Source: an uncultured Fibrobacterota bacterium (lineage in GTDB: Bacteria; Fibrobacterota; Chitinivibrionia; Chitinivibrionales; FEN-1185). Taken from it: a stretch of 64,000 bases of DNA. Under the pieces are notes generated by a model. The model did not search any database, had not been told where the DNA came from, and saw only the letters and a program-made list of their open reading frames with translations. Below, piece by piece: positions 58,400-64,000 of this stretch. Positions within the stretch are counted from its first letter, which is position 1; each line of letters starts with the position of its first letter. The position numbers and the translations under genes were made by a program. Location: positions 96,001 to 160,000 of the forward strand of contig CAVWBU010000026.1 in the NCBI GenBank assembly GCA_963753345.1, read 5' to 3'.

Positions 58400-58552
58400 A
58401 TGAACACCCTATCGTTAAAACCCACCCATAAAGTAATAACAGCTTACTACACGCATCTTCGAGAATTGGCCGACCTCAAGGCAATCACCGAAGGATCGCT
58501 TGCGCCGGTGTTCGCAGAACTGCTCCGACCTTTGGGAAAGGAATACCAATAG
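58400..58552 (+). pseudogene. 50-aa ORF resembling the N-terminus of type ISP / N-6 methylase restriction-modification proteins (truncated remnant)
   Basis: Manual translation MNTLSLKPTHKVITAYYTHLRELADLKAITEGSLAPVFAELLRPLGKEYQ*. The LKPTHK..YY...E...F..LL pattern is recalled from such enzymes and was not verified by search. Confidence 0.5.
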
Positions 58553-58553
58553 A

Positions 58554-60044
58554 ATGCGAGTCATTCTCGACACCAACATTTTTATTTCCCGCGAAGACAA
58601 CAAGGTGGTTCCACTGTTGGTGCGGAAGCTTCTTTCAATGCTTAATCAGTACAGGATACAAATCCTGGTTCATCCAAGTGGCATGCAAGATATTGAAAGT
58701 GACAAAGACACCGAACGAAGGAGAATAATACAATCAAAGATCGCTGCCTATGCCTTTTTAGAAACACCGCCTGATCCCACTCTTGACATTGAATTCCAGA
58801 GTAAGTGCGGGTCGCCAAGAACGGCAAATGATGAAATTGATAACGATCTGATTTATGCGGTCTATAAAGACGCTGTTGATTTTCTTGTTACAGAAGACAA
58901 GGGAATTCAGAAGAAGAGTCGTAGCACAGGAATTTCAGACCGCATTCTTAGTGTTGAGGAGGCGGTCGATCTCCTTCAAAGACAGTTCAAGGAGAAGGAA
59001 ATTGCCATACCCGGTCCCCTGTTTCAAACGCCCGCATTCGAACTGGATATCAATGATCCTATTTTTGATTCTCTGAAAGCCGACTACCTGGAGTTCGAAC
59101 AATGGTGGGCCAAGGTATGCAGGCAAGGCCGGAAGGCAATTGTCTATAAGCGTGACGACCAGAGCTTAGGGGCCATATATCTTCATAAAATAGAAGAGGA
59201 AGCCATAGCCTCAACTCCACCGCTTGCAAAAACCAAACGCGTGAAGATCTGCACCCTGAGGGTCGTTGACACCGGGTACAAACTTGGAGAATTCTTTCTA
59301 AGAAAGTCCTTTGAATTCGCACTAGAAAACGGCATATCCGAGGTATACCTGACTCATGTCGTTATCCCCAACGATCCGCTTGTCGGCTTGATTGAAGAGT
59401 TCGGGTTTGAGAATATCGCGTCAAAGGGAAAAGAACGCATATTCTTGAAAAGGCTTATCCCTATCCAGAAAGACTTGCCAAAGGCTGTTTTTTCAAAGGT
59501 ATACTTTCCATGCTTGCGAGATGGTGGCGGGGTAAGGAAATACTTGATCCCTATCGTTCCATCTTATCATCGTCGGCTGTTTCCTGAATTTCCTGAGGTA
59601 ACGCCTTCTCTGTTTGATGGTAGCGAATTAATTTCTGAGGGGAACACCATAAAGAAAGCCTATTTGTGCAACTCAAGAATCAAGAAAATCAAGGCTGGCG
59701 ATGTGGTGCTTTTTTACTTGTCAAGGGAAGATCAAAAGATAACTGCGATGGGGACCGTAGAGACCGTTTTTCGAAATTCAAGAGATCCCGATGAAATTAT
59801 TCGGCAGGTTGGTAAGCGAACGGTATATTCACTTGAAGAAGTAAAAAAAATATCAAGTAAAGATGTTTCAATAGTCATACTGTTTCTCTTTCATTTTTTC
59901 CTTCCAAAACCAGTAGCGTTAACTACATTAAAAAGTAATGGTATTCTTCTCAGGGCCCCCCAATCAATCGTCGAACTTTCACAGGAACAATATTTGTGGA
60001 TAAAGAAGGCAGGAGGGTTGGATGAACGTCTTACTTTCAATTAA
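58554..60044 (+). CDS. PIN + GNAT + PUA/EVE-like multidomain protein
   Basis: PIN: VILDTNIFI...ND.ID..L...LVTEDKGI. GNAT: KICTLRV...G.KLGEFFL...VYLT. C-terminal KKAYLC...IKAGDVVLFYLS. Confidence 0.8.
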   Translation: MRVILDTNIFISREDNKVVPLLVRKLLSMLNQYRIQILVHPSGMQDIESDKDTERRRIIQSKIAAYAFLETPPDPTLDIEFQSKCGSPRTANDEIDNDLIYAVYKDAVDFLVTEDKGIQKKSRSTGISDRILSVEEAVDLLQRQFKEKEIAIPGPLFQTPAFELDINDPIFDSLKADYLEFEQWWAKVCRQGRKAIVYKRDDQSLGAIYLHKIEEEAIASTPPLAKTKRVKICTLRVVDTGYKLGEFFLRKSFEFALENGISEVYLTHVVIPNDPLVGLIEEFGFENIASKGKERIFLKRLIPIQKDLPKAVFSKVYFPCLRDGGGVRKYLIPIVPSYHRRLFPEFPEVTPSLFDGSELISEGNTIKKAYLCNSRIKKIKAGDVVLFYLSREDQKITAMGTVETVFRNSRDPDEIIRQVGKRTVYSLEEVKKISSKDVSIVILFLFHFFLPKPVALTTLKSNGILLRAPQSIVELSQEQYLWIKKAGGLDERLTFN

Positions 60045-60468
60045 ACCAAGATATGTCGAAAAGATAATCAGTGGCGAAAAGAAATATGAATTCCGCAGGA
60101 CTATTTTTAAGGACGTCCAATCAAACAGTATTTTTGTTTATTCATCTTCGCCTGTTAGAAGAATAGTCGGGGAAATGGTTATCGATTCTGTGCTGTCAGC
60201 CCACCCAAGGAAATTATGGGAACAATGCAGGGAATTTGCCGGTATCGCCAAAAAAGGATTTTTTCGATATTTCGAGGGGAAGGAAGAGGCCCACGCCATA
60301 AAGATCCGAAATATGCTTTTGTTTCATTTCCCGATTGAACCGAAAAGAATAAAGAACGACTTTGTTGCCCCCCAATCCTTTTATTACATACGAGATGAGT
60401 TGATGACTTTCTTAGATAAACCAAGATCAATGGTGAAAGATAGGAAACCAACTCTCCAATGCGGATAG
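60022..60468 (+). CDS. ASCH domain protein
   Basis: LLSIKPRYVEKIISGEKKYEFRR (GxKxxExR), YSSSPV..IVGE and APQSFYY. Confidence 0.88.
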   Translation: MNVLLSIKPRYVEKIISGEKKYEFRRTIFKDVQSNSIFVYSSSPVRRIVGEMVIDSVLSAHPRKLWEQCREFAGIAKKGFFRYFEGKEEAHAIKIRNMLLFHFPIEPKRIKNDFVAPQSFYYIRDELMTFLDKPRSMVKDRKPTLQCG

Positions 60469-60532
60469 AAGCTGCTTACATTTGCAACCCATTGCGGAAA
60501 CACCATTCAATAAATCCGATAGGAAGATCCTA

Positions 60533-61744
60533 TTGGCTGAAAAATCAATAAATTGGAAATATCTCGTGGCCCAGGATCGGGTCAAGGAGATGCTCGGTTC
60601 CGCATTCTTATCCGGCAACCTCGCTCATGCCTATCTGTTCTGCGGCGATGAGGGCGTCGGCAAATTCGCGGCTGCGCTCGACATGGCCATGGCGCTCTTG
60701 TGTACGGGCGAAGGCGCGGTCCCGTGCCATACGTGTTCGTCATGCCAGAGAACTTTGGCCTATAATCATCCTGACCTGCACATCGTTCTTCCCATTCCTC
60801 TTGGAAAAGGAGTAATGAGCGACGACGACCTGTCGGAAAAAGGGTGGGGCTTGATTTCATCAAAAATACGGGCAAAAATTTCAGAGCCGTATTTACCCGT
60901 TACTTTTGAAAAGGAAGAATCAGATGAAGACGAAGATAAAAAGAAGGACGGCTTCAAAGTACCCATAATTCCCAGGGACTTGATCAGAGAGTTCGACCAT
61001 GCGATGCTGCGGGGAGCCGTCGAGAGTAAAAGCAACGTCGGCATCATGTATGACATCGACGTCATGAGACCCGATTCTCAGAATACTTTATTGAAGACCC
61101 TGGAGGAGCCGCCCGCAAATACGTATCTCTTTCTCACGACCTGCAAGCCGGAAGCCCTTTTGCCGACGGTTTTTTCCCGTTGTCAAATTGTTCGTTTCGG
61201 CCATGTGCCGGCAAAGCAAATTCAACAGGAACTAACCAAGGTCCTGGGAACGACCGCACATAAAGCGAAAATCGCCGATGCCGTGTATTATTCAATGGGG
61301 TCTTTGGGTCGGGCGCTCACCCAAGTTAACATTGAGGAATCCGGTCGCGGGCCAAAGCGTCTGAAGGAAACGGAGCAAGAGGTGAAGGATTTTTGGACGG
61401 TGTGCTGTTCGGGTGATTGGCAACAAATTGGGCGCACCGTGGATTCGCTGGTCAAGGAAAGGAATCCTGCGGTGCACGAACAGTTTTTCAGTTACATGCT
61501 TTATCTTCTTAGAAACAGCTTCTTGCACAAGACCGGTTGCTCTGAGAATTATATTGATGAAAGCAATATTCTTGCCGACCCGAGCGGCATTTTCTCCGAC
61601 CCGTCGCGAACATCGGTCATTACCAAAGCCTGCGACGAAGCGCTTTCAAGCGTAAGAAAGTACGGGAACGTCGGGATTATTTTCGTCAATCTCATCATGA
61701 CGGTCATGGAGACCCTTATTACTCCGGCAACAAAAGATGTGTAA
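60533..61744 (+). CDS. holB: DNA polymerase III subunit delta'
   Basis: HAYLF.G..GVGK, C.C..C..C, HPDL, NTLLKTLEEPP and LPTV.SRCQ. Precedes PSP1. TTG start inferred. Confidence 0.88.
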   Translation: MAEKSINWKYLVAQDRVKEMLGSAFLSGNLAHAYLFCGDEGVGKFAAALDMAMALLCTGEGAVPCHTCSSCQRTLAYNHPDLHIVLPIPLGKGVMSDDDLSEKGWGLISSKIRAKISEPYLPVTFEKEESDEDEDKKKDGFKVPIIPRDLIREFDHAMLRGAVESKSNVGIMYDIDVMRPDSQNTLLKTLEEPPANTYLFLTTCKPEALLPTVFSRCQIVRFGHVPAKQIQQELTKVLGTTAHKAKIADAVYYSMGSLGRALTQVNIEESGRGPKRLKETEQEVKDFWTVCCSGDWQQIGRTVDSLVKERNPAVHEQFFSYMLYLLRNSFLHKTGCSENYIDESNILADPSGIFSDPSRTSVITKACDEALSSVRKYGNVGIIFVNLIMTVMETLITPATKDV

Positions 61745-61810
61745 ATTGTCGAGCTTTTTATACTGTAACACCGCCCTTTATCTTGTGCATATTTAATTGC
61801 CGGAGTAATA

Positions 61811-62677
61811 ATGTCGAAAAACAGCAAGCTGGTTGAGGTCGTGTTCAAGGGCGAACGCCGGGCCATTTACCGGAACCGCAGCGAACTGGACATCTACGAG
61901 GGCGACGCGGTGGTGGTGGAGGCCGAGCGCGGCGAGGACCTCGGGCGGATTTCGCTCGTCGGCGCGCTTGTCAAGCTCAAGCGCGGCCAGGGCGACGCCA
62001 AGGGCATCATCCGCAAGGCCCTGGAAAAGGACTGGAACCAGCACAACGCCAACCTGGCCAAGGAAAACGACGCCTACAAAGTCTGCCGGGAGAAGATACG
62101 GCACTACAACCTCGACATGAAGCTCGTGGACGTGGAGATGCAGTTCGACGGCAGCAAGATAACGTTTTTCTTTACGGCCGCGCAGCGCGTTGACTTCAGG
62201 GAACTCGTGAAGGACCTTGCCTCGGTCTACCGCACGCGCATCGAGCTTAGGCAGATCGGCGTGCGCGACGAGGCGAAGCGGGTGAGCGGCTTCGGCATCT
62301 GCGGGCGCAAGCAGTGCTGCAGCGCGTTTCTCACCGAATTCGAGCAGATCACCACGCAGATGGCAAAGGACCAGGAGATCTCGCTCAACCCCGCCAAGAT
62401 CTCCGGCAACTGCGGCAGGCTTTTGTGCTGCCTGCGGTACGAGGAGGAGCTGTACCGCACGGCATTCAAGGATTTCCCGCCCATTGAGGGCAAGCTCAAA
62501 ATCATTGGGAAGGACGGCAAGGAACGGGACGGCTTGCTCACCTTCATCAACGTCTTCAAGAATCTTGGCCAGGTGCGGTTTGCCGACGGGACCAGCGAGT
62601 GGCTCACGCCGGAGGAGCTGTCGAAAGGACGAATGGAAATTAAAGAACCTGTCAATGGTGCACAAAATGACAAATAA
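61811..62677 (+). CDS. ricT: PSP1/RicT (YaaT) family protein
   Basis: RVDFRELVKDL...RIELRQIGVRDEA, CGR..CC and ISGNCGRLLCCL.YE. Confidence 0.88.
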   Translation: MSKNSKLVEVVFKGERRAIYRNRSELDIYEGDAVVVEAERGEDLGRISLVGALVKLKRGQGDAKGIIRKALEKDWNQHNANLAKENDAYKVCREKIRHYNLDMKLVDVEMQFDGSKITFFFTAAQRVDFRELVKDLASVYRTRIELRQIGVRDEAKRVSGFGICGRKQCCSAFLTEFEQITTQMAKDQEISLNPAKISGNCGRLLCCLRYEEELYRTAFKDFPPIEGKLKIIGKDGKERDGLLTFINVFKNLGQVRFADGTSEWLTPEELSKGRMEIKEPVNGAQNDK

Positions 62678-64000
62678 GAAGGCCGGCGCGGCCCGGACCA
62701 TTCTGGTCACGAGCGCCCTGCCCTATGCCAACGGCGACATTCACCTGGGCCATCTTCTCGAAGCGGTGCAGACCGACGTGTTCGTGCGGTACCAGAAGCT
62801 GCGCGGGAACCGCGCGGTGTACGTGTGCGCCGACGACACGCACGGCACGGCCATCCAGATCAACGCCATGAAGCGCGGCATCACGCCGCCGCAGCTCGTG
62901 GCTGAAATGGGGGAGCGCCACGCTAAGGACTACGCCGGTTTCAACATCGGATTCGACATCTTCTACACCACCGATTCGCCGGAAAACCGTTTCTTCGCCG
63001 AGCTCATTTACAAAAGCCTGCGTGACAAGGGGCTTATCGAGGAAAAAGAGATCTCCCAGTACTACTGCGAGCACGACGGCCGCTTCCTGCCCGACCGGTT
63101 CATCAAGGGGACCTGCCCGAGCTGCGGCGCGCTCGACCAGTACGGCGACGTGTGCGAATCGTGCGGCTCCACCTACGATCCCACGGACCTCAAATCGCCG
63201 GTGTGCATCACCTGCGGGAAAACGCCGGTCCTGAAATCGTCCAGGCATGTATTCGTGCAGCTCGAAAAACGTCATGAATTTCTCGGCGCGTACGTCGGTT
63301 CCGGCGCCCTCGCGGATGAGGTCCGCAATTTCGCACAAAGCTGGCTGTCGGTCCCGCTCCGTGAATGGTGCATTTCCCGCGACGCGCCGTATTTCGGATT
63401 CGAAATTCCCGGCATGCCGACCAAGTTCTTTTATGTCTGGCTCGACGCGCCCATCGGCTACATTGCGTCAACGAAGAAGTGGTGCGATGGCCATGGCGCC
63501 AACGCCGACGACTACTGGTCGAAAACAAGCGGCGCCGAACTCGTGCACTTCATCGGCAAGGACATCGTGTATTTCCACACGCTGTTCTGGCCGGTGATGC
63601 TTGACAGCGCGGACTTCAAGCTTCCGTCGAAGATATTCGTCCACGGATTTCTTACGATTGCCGGCGAGAAGATGTCGAAGAGCAGGGGAACCTTCATTCT
63701 TGCGCGCGACTTTCTTGACAAAGTGAAACACCCGCAGGCCGCCGAACTCTTGCGGTTCTACTTTGCGGCGAAATCGTCCGGCTCCGTCAACGACATCGAT
63801 CTCAACGCCGAGGAATTGCTGAACCGGGTGAATACGGTGCTTGCCAACAACGTCGGCAATTTCCACCACCGCACCGTGGTGTTCTGCGAGCGGTACTTCA
63901 ATGCGGAAGTGCCGGGCGCAGTCTGGGAAGAATCGTTCGCGGAGCAGGTGGTCAAACACGGCGCGATCATTGCCGATGCGTATGACAAAACGGACTACAA
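62667..64000 (+). CDS. metG: Methionine-tRNA ligase, N-terminal part (runs off the window end)
   Basis: Manual translation: ILVTSALPYANGDIHLGH, ADDTHGT, Zn knuckles, YVWLDAPIGY, FIGKDI and KMSKS. Confidence 0.95.
   Translation, partial: MTNKKAGAARTILVTSALPYANGDIHLGHLLEAVQTDVFVRYQKLRGNRAVYVCADDTHGTAIQINAMKRGITPPQLVAEMGERHAKDYAGFNIGFDIFYTTDSPENRFFAELIYKSLRDKGLIEEKEISQYYCEHDGRFLPDRFIKGTCPSCGALDQYGDVCESCGSTYDPTDLKSPVCITCGKTPVLKSSRHVFVQLEKRHEFLGAYVGSGALADEVRNFAQSWLSVPLREWCISRDAPYFGFEIPGMPTKFFYVWLDAPIGYIASTKKWCDGHGANADDYWSKTSGAELVHFIGKDIVYFHTLFWPVMLDSADFKLPSKIFVHGFLTIAGEKMSKSRGTFILARDFLDKVKHPQAAELLRFYFAAKSSGSVNDIDLNAEELLNRVNTVLANNVGNFHHRTVVFCERYFNAEVPGAVWEESFAEQVVKHGAIIADAYDKTDY

Noticed and set aside
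57340-60480. Integrative element or prophage boundaries for the AT-rich island
   Set aside because: No integrase, tRNA or flanking direct repeats were seen.

Overview
A 64-kb chromosomal window from a GC-rich diderm bacterium. The gene style (short RpoD-type sigma, secreted proteins with CTD-like tails, DUF6057/TolB pair, GH2) suggests the FCB group, possibly Fibrobacterota (inference). Housekeeping genes: gyrB (partial), dciA, recF, greA, hemW, class II RNR nrdJ with tandem NrdR boxes, prfB with its programmed +1 frameshift, era, ftsX, envC-like, holB, PSP1/ricT and metG (partial). These are interspersed with envelope, glycosyltransferase and secreted-protein genes. No rRNA, tRNA, CRISPR array or transposase was recognised. 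Best leads: (1) an ECF sigma / ZAS anti-sigma / exported caspase-barrel operon in which the protease loop and the anti-sigma share the pentapeptide TRIKG, suggesting caspase-triggered sigma release; (2) an AT-richer PIN-GNAT-PUA + ASCH locus preceded by an uncalled 50-aa ORF resembling a type ISP restriction-modification N-terminus; (3) at least three families of structured intergenic repeats, a 14-nt module shared between two of them and the greA leader, and a mirror-image composite pair bracketing ftsX-envC; (4) strong over-representation of the palindrome (C)TTGWCAA(G), including inside coding sequence; (5) four genes broken by single-base duplications, probably sequencing artefacts. All calls were made by eye, without database searches.
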